Shown piece by piece: positions 26,901 through 39,541 of a stretch of DNA of 64,000 nt (positions within the stretch are counted from its first letter, which is position 1; each line of letters begins with the position of its first letter). A program made the position numbers and the translations under genes. This stretch comes from Lophium mytilinum (lineage: Eukaryota), in the NCBI GenBank assembly GCA_010093605.1, contig MU004191.1, forward strand, positions 914,816 through 978,815, read 5' to 3'. The notes below the pieces were generated by a model. It was not told the origin of the DNA, made no database searches, and saw nothing but the letters and a program-made list of their open reading frames with translations.

Positions 26901-28717
26901 CTAGAGTCCCTTTTACCTAAATCTAGCCGGCCTAGAAGGGCTTAATATATTAAGAATAGCTTAAATTTCTTAAGAGAAATTAGATAGAATATACTATATT
27001 AGAAGAACTATTCTTTTAAAAAAGTAGCTACTCTAGCACTCTATATAGCTAGCGTTAAAGTAGCTAGATTAATAATTAAAAGAATTATTTATTAGTACTA
27101 TAATTCTCTTTACTAGGTACTAATTATATATAGAATTAGGCCTAGAAAGCCGGCGCTTAATATAGCGTAGAAAGATACTAGATTTAATTACTACACCTAG
27201 CTATAAAATCTTATTAAAAGAACCTAAGAAAAAGTTATTATTATCTATTTAGATAAATTACTAAAGTAATTTAGACCGGGCTAGGCTAGTAAAGGTAAAG
27301 CTAGAGTCTCTAAGCTAATAGAGAGAGATACTAATAAGTATATAATAGCCTAAAAGAGTACTAAGTTCTTTTTTTCTTTTTAGAGTACTATATACTTAGA
27401 TAATTATATTTTAAGGCTATATATTATATAGAAGCTAGAGTCTTAAAAGTAGAAGAATACTCTTAAGAAGAAGCTTATTAAAGATAATAAGAATATAAAG
27501 AAAAGGGCTAAAAGGTACTAAAGAAATACTAAGATTTAGGGGATAATAGAGCATAACTATATAAAAAAGGTAAATAATAAAATTAGAGAAGATAATAAGC
27601 GCCTTAAATAATAAGAAATTTAAAAGGGATAGTAGTATAAGTATAGGTCTAATTAGAAGTATAAGTATAAGATTTTTACCTAAAAAAAAGAAAAGAGGAT
27701 AGATATAGCTTAGTATACTAATAATATTTTAAAGCTATTACTTTATTCTTACTATTTTACTATATAAGAAGTAAACCTAGATAAAGAGGTTTAGCTAATT
27801 AAAAATAATATCTCTCTTTACTATTCTACTTAAAGAAAACTATTATACCTCTTCTTATAGATTAAATTTATAGACTACCTAGCTTTCTCCCCTAATTTAT
27901 ACCTAATTAAGTAAGTTTTTAGAAGAATAAACTATTCTATAAAGCTCTATAACTACTAGAGCGCTAGTAAGTAAGTAAAAGATAAAGCTAGGTAGTTTCT
28001 ACTTAATCTATAGAGGAAGAATAAATAGATAAATAAATATATTATTAGCTAAGTAAAAAATAATACCTTTTTAGACCTTATATATAAGTGTAAATTAGTA
28101 GATAGAAATAATAACTTTATAGAATAATAGCGCACTTTATTTTATAGATTATTAATAGAAATTAAATAAGTTATAGTAATTTAAATTTATATATAGTACT
28201 TTAGTATTCTACCCCCTATACTTATATAACTAGAATATATATTTAGCCGCACCCTTTATATATATAGCTATAGCTAAAGCTTAGACCTCTATACTTTAAT
28301 TAATAATATAAAGGTATATAGCTATTTTATCTTTTATAATATTTCTCTTAATATATTAATAGGGCTAGTACTATATATATAACTATAAATTATTTAGTAG
28401 TATTATAAAACTATCCCTTACCCTAGTATATTAGAGTGTGCCAGTCCCTTATATATTATCGCTCTTAATAGTCTTCTATATTTTTATGTAGATTCGTGGA
28501 TTGTATACACAAGGACTGAGGGAATCGGTGCCATCTTACATCGGGGCAATCTCGGGCGGAGAAAGATGATCTTATCAGATGCCCCGCGCCAAGCCCAAGC
28601 TCCATCGCTGTTGACTGAAATACACCTCCACCGTCACTTCAAGCAAGCAATTACCTACACCTCACCAACCTCACCACATAAACTCTCTCAAACCTCCCAC
28701 ACTCTCCACAGCTCACC

Positions 28718-29610
28718 ATGGAGCAAACACGCGCCCTCAACGCGCTGGAACCCTTCCTCGCCCTCTCCAAATCCGCCAACTCGCCCCGCGCGGCCGCCGA
28801 TCTGGTCTCGCAAGCTACCTCCGCCCCAAACACCTACGTCTTCGCGGAGCTCCTCCAGACGCCAAACATGCAAGCGCTGAAGCAATCGCCCGAATACGCC
28901 TCTCACCTCACACTCCTGGAGATATTCGCATGGGGCACGTTGGCCGACTACAAGGGTAAGGCAGCCACTTCCCCCCCTCCCAACCCCCCTTCCCATGAAA
29001 CCCTACAAGAACATATACTAACACCTCTCTCCTAGCAAACGCATCACTACCCCAGCTAAACGCCGCCCAACACCAAAAACTCCTCCTCCTCTCCCTCCTC
29101 CCCCTCGCCCGCTCCCACACCACCCTAACCTACGCCCACCTCACAACCGCCCTCTCCCTCCCCTCCCCCCGCGCCCTCGAAGAACTCATCACCACCGCCA
29201 TCTACGCCTCCCTCCTCACCGCCACCCTCGACCCCGCCCACGGCCTCGTCAACGTCACCTCCATCGCACCGTTACGGGACCTCGCACCCGGCGCCATCCC
29301 CTCCCTCGCCGCGACCCTCGCGGCCTGGAGCGCGCGGTGCGGCGGCGCGCTCGACGAACTAGACGCGCAGATCGCGGGGGTGCGGAAAGCGGCGGTGCGG
29401 CGAGAGAAGGAGCGGCGGAAGCGGGAGCGGGGGATGGAGACGGCGATGGGGTTGCTGGAGGAGAAGAGCGCGGGGGCGGCGAAGAGGGGGGAGGAGGGGG
29501 GGCAGGGGCAGGGGGAGGCGATGGAGATTGATCAGGAGGATATTGTGGGGCGGTTTGCAAGGGGCGTGAAGAAGGGGGGGTTGGCGGGGTTGGGGGGTCG
29601 AAGGTTGTGA
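28718..29610 (+). CDS. CSN7: COP9 signalosome subunit 7 (PCI domain; CsnG/AcoB-like)
   Basis: MEQTRALNALEPFLALSKSANSPRAAADLVSQATSAPNTYVFAELLQTPN...LLEIFAWGTLADY; intron 28956-29035; QKLLLLSLL, RALEELITTAIYASLL..TLD, VTSIAPLRDL. Confidence 0.9.
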
Positions 29611-30627
29611 TCGTGTGTGCGTTCTGCAATAAAGTTGGTGAGGGTAGTGCTGACCGGGTTTTAGGGGCCGTGATGAGGATGAGGATTGGCTGGTGGCGCC
29701 GAGGGCGAAACGGGTGAAGAGGGTTGAGGGGAAGGTGGATGGGGATGGAGGTGGGGAGGATTGCGATTATGGCGGTGTCGGGAAAGAGGAGAGTGAGCAT
29801 GAGGTGCTGAAGATGCTTGGTGTGGCAGGTGTTGTAGGCGTTGAAAACGGCGACAAGGACAGTATCACCGATTGAGCATCATGCTCGTTCGCAGGGTAGT
29901 CATCGGGACACGACTTGGCGGAGATGCCTTGACTGCATGGAGTCGACCAGGAACGAACAATTAGAGAGAATAATTCATCATAGGAGTTCAAGCGAATGAT
30001 ATCTCTTTTCCCCATACCTTCTGGAGCAGCTCGACCATGCAGCCAGTCGCCCAAAACCATCAAACCATGCTTCAAATTCGCATAGTGACGACCCCCTTCC
30101 CATGTAAATCCCCTAAAACAAGCAAAAGCACCTCACACCCTCGCGCATCACCTTTAATCGCACCGACTCTATGAAAACTCTCAATATCATTCCTTCGAAT
30201 ATATACAAGGCCGCCCCCACCTACGGGCAGCGCGAAAAAACCCCCTCAAAAACAACCATAAGAAAAAAAAACGGGTATTACTCCACCGCCTATCCGTTGT
30301 TGTGCTCGCTATATGCCGTTGCCCGTTTGCGCCTGAAAACGCCGCTGGAAAACAAGAAAGATGTGAACGCCGTTGACAATGTGCAGGACCGTAATTGTGG
30401 CAGGGCCGCGGGAGATGGGTTGACGGGGTGGGGAAGTTAGGGGATGCCGGGCTAAAAGTAGATGAGACTTGGGGGTGGTTGTGATGTTCGGGCTTGGCGG
30501 GAGTTTGGAGATGGATGAGTGTCGTTGTGTTTGAGGCCCACTACCGCAGAGTGGCTCAGTGTCGTTATGGTGAGGAGGAGCACTATATGGGGACTTCGGT
30601 ACCGAGAAGAAAGATAAAGTTTTGCCA

Positions 30628-31428
30628 TCAAGCGGATGTCGCGGTGCCCATAGATGGTACCGGGGGTCTGCTAACCGTGGGCGCGGCAGACGTCGACGAC
30701 GGCTGTATTTCCATCTCGCCTCCCTCACCCCTTTCCTGCTCCTTCAAAAACTGCTCCCACTCGGGATCCATGACGGCGCTCACACCTTGCTCCCGCAGCG
30801 CCGCGGCATGCCGTAGCCGCTCGTTGAGCGCGAAGCCCACGGAATCCGCCACCTCGTCCTCGTCGCTCTCCTCGTCCTCGCGGTCGGCCATGTCTGCGTC
30901 CGCAGCCTCGTCGACGTCCATCCCCGAGCTCGCATTCGTAACGCCATTTTGCTGCGGCTGCCGCACCTCCTCAATCTCAACCTCAATCCGCGTCTTCACG
31001 TTGATGCCCTTGCTGCCCCCTTGCCGCGCCCGCTTGTCCACCCACTCGCCAATCTCCATGCCGGTTGTGTCGTGCACTTTCACGCCCTCGTCGCGCTCGT
31101 AGCGCTCGCGGGCCCACAGGGTGCCCTCCCAGCGGCAGAAGCCCTGGATCTCGTGCTCGGTGAGGCCGAGGTCGTCGAAGGCGCGGAAGAGGCGGGCGTG
31201 GTGCGCGAAGCGGCCGAGGCGCTTGCGGTGCGGCGGGTGCGAGTAGTTGAGGCCCGGGTAGCGGGCCTCGATGGTGTCGAGCGAGCCGTAGAAGGTGGCC
31301 GTCTCGATGCGCACCTCGCCGACCAGGTTCTTGGACAGGTGCGCGCTGAAGTTGGCCGGGTCTTCGGGCCGCGGGTTCGGGAAGAGCTGGTTGTAGACGA
31401 GCAACGTTATGGGCTGTTTGCGGTGCAT
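30628..31428 (-). CDS. Uncharacterised fungal protein, intronless
   Basis: MHRKQPITLLVYNQLFPNPRPEDPANFSAHL...IEARYPGLNYSHPPHRKRL...FCRWEGTLWARERYERDEG; high GC3; acidic C-terminal half. Confidence 0.8.
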   Translation of the reverse strand: MHRKQPITLLVYNQLFPNPRPEDPANFSAHLSKNLVGEVRIETATFYGSLDTIEARYPGLNYSHPPHRKRLGRFAHHARLFRAFDDLGLTEHEIQGFCRWEGTLWARERYERDEGVKVHDTTGMEIGEWVDKRARQGGSKGINVKTRIEVEIEEVRQPQQNGVTNASSGMDVDEAADADMADREDEESDEDEVADSVGFALNERLRHAAALREQGVSAVMDPEWEQFLKEQERGEGGEMEIQPSSTSAAPTVSRPPVPSMGTATSA

Positions 31429-32715
31429 TGTGGGTTCGCTGGGGTGAGGGTGATGTGATGGGCGGAGAAGGGAGCGGTGTTTTGGATGTCGAGGTTGCAG
31501 GCGCGCGCGGAGTGAGATGCCGGGGCTTATGTAGGTGTGACTGCAGCTAGGGACGGCGTTGGACGTGTCCGTGGGCGGGTTCGTGTGTGGAATGGTGCCT
31601 GGATGGCGTTCCAGCGGCGGAGAGTGGTTCCTGGCTCCTGAGGGCACCGAGCACGAGGCTGGCGGCGTGACTCGAAACAGGAGAAATGGTTGAACAAGCA
31701 GCCGTAGTAGTCGCCCAGTCGAGAAAGAGCAGCAGGAGCAGCGGAGCAGGAGGAGCTTCCGGAGATCAGGGCTGACCGTGGTTGGGCGTGGATATAGCGT
31801 GAGGCTTGGGACGGGTGTAGTTTTTTTCGCGGAACGCTATTCTAGGGGTGAATGTCTGCAGTAGGGAGGTTGTCACTTGGGCAGGGAGGGCGTGGGGCTC
31901 GGGGGCTCGGGGAAATGAAGTCTTTGAAGCTGGTACACCGCCATTACTTATAACGGCAGCACTGCTCTCACACCCCGGGCAGCAGGCGAGAGTTGGGTTG
32001 CCCTGGTGCATGCTTGGAGGTGGAGCTCGGGGCCGTCGCGGTGCCTTCAAGGGTCGACCGATTTAAGCTGCAGCAAATAGTGCCAGGACACCTATCACAG
32101 CCCGTCTGCAAGCCGCTTCGATGTCGCAGTGCTGCAACCACGCCGATTTGGCCGGCCTTGTCGGTCCATCAGAAGACCAGCCCGCCCGGCACCTCCAGAA
32201 GCACGGGCTGCCTGACCGCGCCGGCAGTGAATCCAACTAATCCAACTATGTAAATCCAACGACTCTCAGAGTAAGCTGGAGCTGGGGCTGGGGCCATCGC
32301 CAACGAGTGCCCGGCCTCCCGCTTTGTTACTCTGATTCTGATCCGTCCCGTCGGCATCGACCCCAAGGAGTGCTACCCAGCACGCCGAGGGCCCAGCAAG
32401 CCCAGCATCACCCACGCCGACAGCCTTCGCCTTCCAACCAGCATCGCCAACCTCGACGCCAGGGCCGCGCCACCGTGGCACTCTCCACTGCCCAGCAAGC
32501 CTGCAGCAAGGCCCGCATGCAGTGTGTGCAGTCTGCATGCCACTGACGCGGGCCGGGAGCCAGAGGCGGCCGACGCGTGAAAGAAAGCTCCAGGTGAAAC
32601 TGTGCAGCGAATCGCGCCGTGCAGCCTCTACCGCCTTTTCGTCCACGCCACTCGCCCACAGTCTCCAGTCCCTGGTGGTAGGAGCACGGCGAACTGCATT
32701 GCCAGCCTGGGAAAC

Positions 32716-35700
32716 ATGTCGACCTTCAAGGGCGTCGTGGCCGGTAAGCCGTGTTTCAGCGCCGAAGATATGCCCCCTAATCACCCACTTCCTCGCAGAG
32801 TTCCCCCAGGTCCGAATCGACTACTTTCGCCCTGTGCGCGCGGTGCCGCCGCCGCTGGCCTGCTTCCTGAGCCATGTGCACTCCGACCATCTGCAGGGAC
32901 TGGAGTCGCTGAAGGCGCCCTTTGTCTACTGCTCGCCGGCAACCCGCGAGGTGAGTGAACTGATTGGCTGTCATGCTCCGCATTGAGGAGACGTGCCCTG
33001 CATCGCCAACTCCATCTTCCATCGTGGCTCGAATCACGCGTCTGGTCGTGCAAGAACGTGCTCTATCGCCATGCACCCATATCTCGCAATTGTCTAGCCT
33101 TCCGCTACTCTATTGCACCTCGTGTGATTCAGGCGTTAGTGTTAATGCTCCCAGATCCTGCTCCGTCTCGAAAAGTACCCCCATCGAATGAATTTTGCAA
33201 AAGGCCTCCTTGAGACCCGGAAGCAGACGTACAGGCATCTAAAGTATCTGCTCAAGACGCTGCCTTTGGACACCCCGACCGTCATTGAGCTGTCCCCCGG
33301 GAATGAGTTGCGTGTAACCCTGTTCGATGCCAACCACTGTGCGGGGGCCGTCATGTTTCTTATCCAGGGCGACGGCAAAGCCATCCTGTACACGGGCGAT
33401 ATTAGATCTGAATCCTGGTGGGTGAACTCACTTGTCCAGAACCCAATACTAATCCCATACACGCTCGGCTCGCGACGACTTGACTGCATATACTTAGACA
33501 CCACCTTTGCAACCAAGTCGTTGTGGTCGAGAGACTTCCAATCCAAAGCTGAAGGCCTCAAAGAGCTACTCGGTAAGGTAGAGAAATACCCACCAGAAAC
33601 AATATTCTACTTTCATTCCTGGACGTTTGGGTATGAGAATGTGTGGATTGCTCTCTCCAATTTTCTTGAAAGTCCAATACACCTCGATCGGTATCGATGG
33701 TCAATCTATAAATCTCTATCGGCCGTGCAAGGCACCCCAGACTGTAGAGAGGCGCCCCCACTCACCGGCTTCTCGCTAGGTAATCACCAAAGAAGCGGCT
33801 GTCTGACTCAAGATCCCAACGTCAGACTCCATAGCTGTGAAAAAGGATTCTGGTGTTCTACTGTCGAAAGTAGCCCCGACGTCGTACATATCATCCCGAT
33901 CGTAACGCGTTTGGAGAATGGTTCCGAAATCGCCGAAGTTGGCGCAGGTGGTGGCAAAGGAGATCTAGACCAAGCTCACGAGCTCGAAGTGGGCAATACA
34001 AATGATGTGGCTCAGCTGATGCATCTCTGCGCCACAAACATATCCAATCCAGACCTTCTCTCAATAGTGCTCAAACTCCTGTCCACCACTATCGCCGACT
34101 CAAAACAAAGAATAACGCTCGAACCCAGCACAGCTGAGAACGGTTCATCCGAAACCGTGCTCCTTGACGACCTTCCAATTAAAGACCTTATCCCCATGCT
34201 AGCGAAAGGTGCAGCGAGACAAGATTCTCACTCTACACCCTCTTCAGAAAATGAAGAGAGCCTTCCAATTCAAGAAAATGGTCTACCTAAAATGATAAAA
34301 TTTCCTTACTCGAGACACTCGTCTTATAGAGAGCTCTGCGAGCTGGTCCAAGCATTTCGACCACGTGACATCTATCCATGCACCGTCGATTCCGCCAACT
34401 GGACCCCCGAGCTGAGCATGCGCTCTCTCTTCGGCAATCTCTGCTCAGATAGCATCTTTGCACATGATGCGGAGATGCTGGCAGCCTTCGAAGAGCGCGC
34501 AGAAGAGGGCCGGAAATCTAGAGCAAACCACGAAGAAACTCAAATCAGCGTGCACACTGACACGCAAGCAAGCACGGTAGAAAATTTCCAGCAAACCGTA
34601 GAGCAGGTTAAGCTGGCCCAGCATATTGCCTTCATCTCGCCCCCGAAACTGAAACGAAAGGCTTCCTCGCTATTGCAGCAGAAGCCTTCGGTTGATACGT
34701 CTGAGATTGAAGAGACTGTATTTGACTCCCCGCTGCAGGCAAATCGAAGCGTTACGACACCCACCCGCCAATCACTCGCAAAGAGATTGCGAGGCTTCCA
34801 GCGAATGGAAAACCTCCGGCATCCCTCCTCATCGCCATCGCGCGTTTCTCCAGAACCACCTCTGAAAAGAAAGACACCGCGAGCACGAATAAGACTTAGC
34901 AATGACGGTGAGATGTACGTCGAATCCATCCACTCCTCTCAGGAGAGCGACGACGGCCAAAACTCGCAGGTCTGGACGGATCGGCAGAGGGAAATGATAT
35001 CTGCCTATTTTGCGGAACGAGATAGTAAGGCCAAGGATGAAAATCTACTCGCTGTTGACGGAAGGCATCCAGAGGACGTCGTTCTTAGTACCGAGATACA
35101 AGAATCGGACTCGTATACTCGGGGCGGCAGTATTGCGCGAACACCGCATGACACGACGACTAGAGGGTACTCTCGAATCAGCACTACAATGGAGACGATG
35201 CACAGCTCCCCAGCTCCCTCTCGCCCATCTCTCGCTTCCGGGGCTTCGGACACGGAAGCTAGAAGGAGCAGGAACGTCGAAACTCTACGCCGTAACCCCG
35301 TCACAGGTTCGACGTCCAAATCCAAGGGCCTCGAATCCACCTCTACCACCGCATCTCCTGCTTCTAGGGTGTCCGACTCGACCTCCAGAAACGACACCAG
35401 CCACAGACCCGGCACATCCACCAACCCCATCGACATCCCAAGCTCCCATCCTCGCGCTCCCACCCCTTTCAACCACAACCCCCCGGAACCAGATTCTTCG
35501 CTTCCACGCAGTCCCACACCTCCCACCACTCAGATCAAAATCACCACTTCCCCCCACCAAGACGCCGACGCCGACGACGAAGCCGATGCCGATGCCGAAA
35601 GCGAGACTGACACCGACTCCTCCACCCTCTCGTACCCCGACCTAGGCTCCGACTCCAAGGTCCGACGCATGGCGTACGACGCCGCACTAAACCGCAACGG

Positions 35701-35764
35701 GCTGAGCATGGAAGATATTCAGCTCGTGAGCACGAAGCGGGATGAGTCGTCAGTGGAGTTGTGA
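32716..35764 (+). CDS. DCLRE1C: Artemis/SNM1-family metallo-beta-lactamase beta-CASP DNA repair nuclease
   Basis: MSTFKGVVAEFPQVRIDYFR; CFLSHVHSDHLQGL; DANHCAGAVMFL; LYTGDIR; IYLDTTF; FPYSRHSSYREL; introns 32744-32798 and 32951-33154; long disordered tail. Confidence 0.88.
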
Positions 35765-35954
35765 GGGCTGCGCGCTTTGAGTTCACGGTTGGTTCTCAAA
35801 TGGGGAAGGGGGGGAGGTGTCGTCAGTAGGGGGTGAAGAGGAGGGTTGGCACACCTAGTCACCGTGTCAGAGGGGTTTACGGATCTTCAGCGAGCTATCA
35901 GAAGGGGGAGGAGGGGATAGCGACAGAGTCACCGCGTTGAGTTGTACAAACTGT

Positions 35955-36530
35955 CGCCAGCCACGTGCGATCTGAAGTCAGTTTCAGCATATCATTACCA
36001 GACGCTTCGAATTGAGACATGAAGAACGGATTGATTTGAGAATTATGAGATGCGTGAAGTAGAGCCAGTCCGTCCGATATAGATTTTCGATTACGGCGTA
36101 TCATTGTCACAACGTTTAACCCAGGCCTTTGTAACACGCTGAGCTTCGGCACGTCCTAAATCGGACCACGGGAATAGGGTTGGGTTGGCGGTGTTGAGAT
36201 GTGTAAAGTGGAAGCCAGTCCGTGCGATTTGAACGCGATTTGGGCATGTTATTGCCGGGCGCTTTGCAATAGGACGTAGAAAACAGATGGATTTGCAGTC
36301 GATTTCGGCATATTATTGCCCAGAAGCTTTGAATTAGGACACAGAAGATAGTTTATTTAAGGGTTGCGAGAAGTATAAAGTGGAGCCCAGTCCGCGCGAT
36401 TTGAAGTCGTTTTTAGTATATTATTGCTGGACGCATTCAATCAGGACGTGGAGCCTGGATTAATTTTAAGGGTTGCGAGAAGTATGAAGTGGAGCTAGTC
36501 CGCGCGATTTGGAGTCATTTTTGGCATACT
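35955..36530. repeat. Degenerate tandem repeat, about 105-110-bp unit, roughly 5 partial or complete copies
   Basis: Recurring aagtggag(c)cagtccg(t/c)gcgatttgaagtc...ggcatattattgc...ttaagggttgcgagaagta at about 35958, 36058, 36206, 36378 and 36487. Confidence 0.75.
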
Positions 36531-36709
36531 GTCACTTTTCCGCCATGCTGAGAGGTTTAAAGAAGTCTTTGGGACTGATCGATCACACCACGGCACTGCG
36601 ACTGTCCACGTGCGTTCCTATTTTCATGCATATGATTGTCCAAATACGCGCCGCGATCGTGGCTCCGATTCCTTATACGTACTATACAACGCTTCTATCC
36701 CCCAGAGCC

Positions 36710-38677
36710 TCACCACTCCATCACCTCACCCGGCTTCGGCCGCTGCACGCGAACAATCTTATCGCAGTTCAGCAAGCACAGCGGGTCGAACGCGAGTTTC
36801 AGCCGCCTCATCGCGTCCACGGTCGACTCGCCGAGCTCGTGAGGGAGGTAGTCGCGCTTGACGAGGCCGATGCCGTGCTCGCCGGTGGCCGTGCCCTCGA
36901 GCTCGATGGCGCGCTTGACCATGCGGTGGACGACTTCTTCGGCGACGGCGTGTTGGGAGTCGTTCCAGAGGAGGATAGCTGGGCGAACGGATTAGCCTTG
37001 TCTCGTGGATACTAAAAGACAAAAAAGGAGACTTGGGGGGATATGCTTACAGTGGAAGTTCCCGTCGCCGACGTGGCCGACTATACTTCCCAGAAGCCCG
37101 CTCTCTGAGATGTGTTTCTTGGTCTCTTCAATAATGGTAGAAAGGTGCGAGATGGGTACTGCTACGTCGGTGGTCCAGACGTGGTCGCCTTCTTTCTGCT
37201 GCGACGTGACACTCCATAATGCTTCTTTTCTCGCGCTCCACAGCTCCAGCTGCTCTTCCTGTGACTTCGCGAACTCAAACGACTTCGACCCCGTCGCCTT
37301 CGCCAGCTTCTGCACCTGCGCAATCTGCTCTTTCACAGCCGAGGGCGTCCCAGCGAACTTAAAGAACAGCGTCGGCGCCTCCGCCCACTGCTTCGTCGTC
37401 ATGCCCGCATCATTAATGCACTTCATCTGCACATCATCCAAAATCTCAATCGCCGCAATCGGCACGCCCGCGCCCACGACCTTAAACACGCACTCGGCCG
37501 CGTCCCGCACCGTCTGGAACGCCGACACGGCCACCGACGTCTGCTGCGGCTTCACTGTCACCTTCAGCACCGCCTCCGTCACCAAGCCTAGCGTGCCCTC
37601 GCTGCCAATGAACATGCGCGTGAGGTCGTAACCCGCGCTGCTCTTGCGCGGCCGCTGCCGCGTTTTGATTACCGTCCCGTCTGCCAGCACGACTGTCAGC
37701 GACAGCACCCACTCCTTCATCGTACCGTAGCGGTACGAGTTCGTCCCCGAGCACCCGGTCCCTACCATCCCCCCGATCATGGCCCCGGGGCCCGGGTCCG
37801 GCGGGAAGAAGAGGTTCTGCGCCGCTAGCTCTTCATTCAGCCGCTCCCACCCAACTGCTGGTTGCACCACTACGTCGAGGTCGTCTTTGTGGAGCGCGAG
37901 GATACGGTCCATGCGCGTGAAATCGATGCAGATGCCACCGCGGGTCGCCGCGAAGTGGCCCTCGAGGGACGTCCCGCCGGAGTACGCCGTCACGGGGATG
38001 CGCCGGTCGTGGCAGACTTTCATGATGAGCGCGACTTCCTCGGTGGAGGCGGGTTTGAGTACCGCGAAGGGCACTTCGTGCGCGAGGAGCGGGTGCGAGG
38101 ACCACGAGGAGCCGGAGTGTGATTCTAGCTCGCTGCGCTGCGTGCTGATGTTGGCGGCGCCGACGATGTCGCGGAAGTCTGTCCACGCGGCTTGTAGGTT
38201 GCCCGGGGAGGTGTCATGTTTTGGGGGGGTGGTTGCGGCGAGGGGGGTTGTAGAGGTAGTGGCAGGTTGGGGGGGTTTTTGGGTGCCGCTATAGTAGCCT
38301 ACGGCTGCAGAGAAGGCAACGGCTGGAGGTTGTTAGAAAGGGTTGAAAATGAGGATTAAACGTGTATGTGTTGCTGGGGTGGTAGGAAGTCGAGAAGAAA
38401 TGTCCATACCGAATAACATGCTAGCACCTCTTCCGCCAGACCCCAGCTGCCTCTTCGTCGCAAACCGGACCTGCTCCTCGCGCTCTTTCTGTATCCTCTG
38501 CGCGGTGCTCTCATACAGCTGGCCCTTGAACGACTTCCCCCCCTCCTCGGGGGCGCTGGCATAGCTTCTCCGCTGCGTCGTGCGGAGGCGGCGGGCGAGC
38601 CATGGCGGTGGTGTTGAGCTTTTGCAGGTGCTTTGCAATGCCAATTGGCGGCGAGATATGTGGAGGACAGACATCAT
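36710..38677 (-). CDS. DLD1: Mitochondrial D-lactate dehydrogenase (cytochrome), FAD-linked oxidase
   Basis: Basic presequence-like N-terminus; YSGGTSLEGHF; FFPPDPGPGAMIGGMVGTGCSGTN; RPRKSSAGYDLT; GSEGTLG; TTDVAVP; GHVGDGNFH; EGTATGEHGIG; two introns; stop 36710-36712; start at 38677 or 38674. Confidence 0.92.
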
Positions 38678-39541
38678 AACCGGACGCAACTTTCGAGCAT
38701 GGCGAGAGAATGGGGCCACGGAATGCGGGGAGCTTTGTAAGTTCTTGTATGGCGCCGATGTTCGAAGTTGACGTGCTTGGGTGACTCGGTAGTCCTTCCG
38801 CATTCGGCAGACAGGGCAGATAGCAAAGCCGCAGCGAATGAGCGTTATCCAGACAACCTTTCACCCCTCTGCGCATAACCGTCAAGTCACTAGAAGTAAC
38901 ACCTCATTCACGAGCATGGCATCACGGGGAAGTGCCTTTTTAATAATAAAGGTTGCAATCCGTGATTGCTAAGCATTGCAGACGTATCTAAGCAATATCC
39001 AATGCGAGGGATATGCAAAACGCAGACGTGAAATCCACCCAGCCGGTATACCCAAGAAGCCATTCCGGTATCCAATGCGGTTCGAAAGACGGCGCAAATC
39101 CCAAAAACACCGTAGGCAGCTATCCAAAGCGCCCACCAAGCCCAAAACCCCAAGATCCAGATAAGACCCGTGCCCTAGCCAATGCTCGCAGTGTATGCAG
39201 CCGAGAGGGAGAAAAGAAGTGCGTCGCATCATAAGCCCATAAACACGTAATAACGCCATGCTGTGAAAAAGCCGAAAAGGCGAAGAATGACGGCGGCGCG
39301 CCGGTTGGCCACAGCGTAAAGAAAAACAAAAAAGATAAAACGAAATAGCACAAAGATACTGATGATATAGGGGTGGAGCAGGTGACAATATTGCTCCTGA
39401 CTCCGACGGTAGTAATGGTGTGGAGTGGTGAGTAGGATACTGTCGAAGAATACGCGTTTGCTGCGTCTGTATGGCTTTCTAGCCTGCCGTGACTATACAA
39501 ACGTCAGGTGATTTCCAGCGGCAATTGGCATCATCCATTTC

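Larger units (their letters stand above)
18620..28130 (+). mobile_element. RIP-degraded Tc1/mariner-type DDE transposase, split by two nested insertions
   Basis: Removing both inserts gives one frame through an HTH-like region into PKSSRPRR (RSGRP-like, about 26915); IIY[S]D[E] at about 27240; [W]PAFSP[D]LYPI[E] at about 27870-27912; ends near 28125; TIRs not identified. Confidence 0.75.
18590..28490. other. RIP-mutated AT-rich repeat island 1
   Basis: Abrupt AT enrichment, strong TpA excess with CpA/TpG depletion, no long ORFs; boundaries approximate. Confidence 0.95.

Noticed and set aside
18490..28490. Terminal inverted repeats for the Tc1/mariner element
   Set aside because: No convincing matching pair found by eye, so element ends are left undefined
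18590..28490. AT-rich DNA as a mitochondrial insertion or horizontal transfer
   Set aside because: TpA bias, paired LTRs and degenerate RT/IN motifs are fully explained by RIP of transposons
35005..35645. Overlapping 174-aa (-) and 211-aa (+) ORFs
   Set aside because: Alternative-frame shadows of the low-complexity tail of the Artemis-like gene
37005..38294. Plus-strand ORFs of 208 and 171 aa
   Set aside because: Antisense shadows of the GC-rich DLD1 coding sequence
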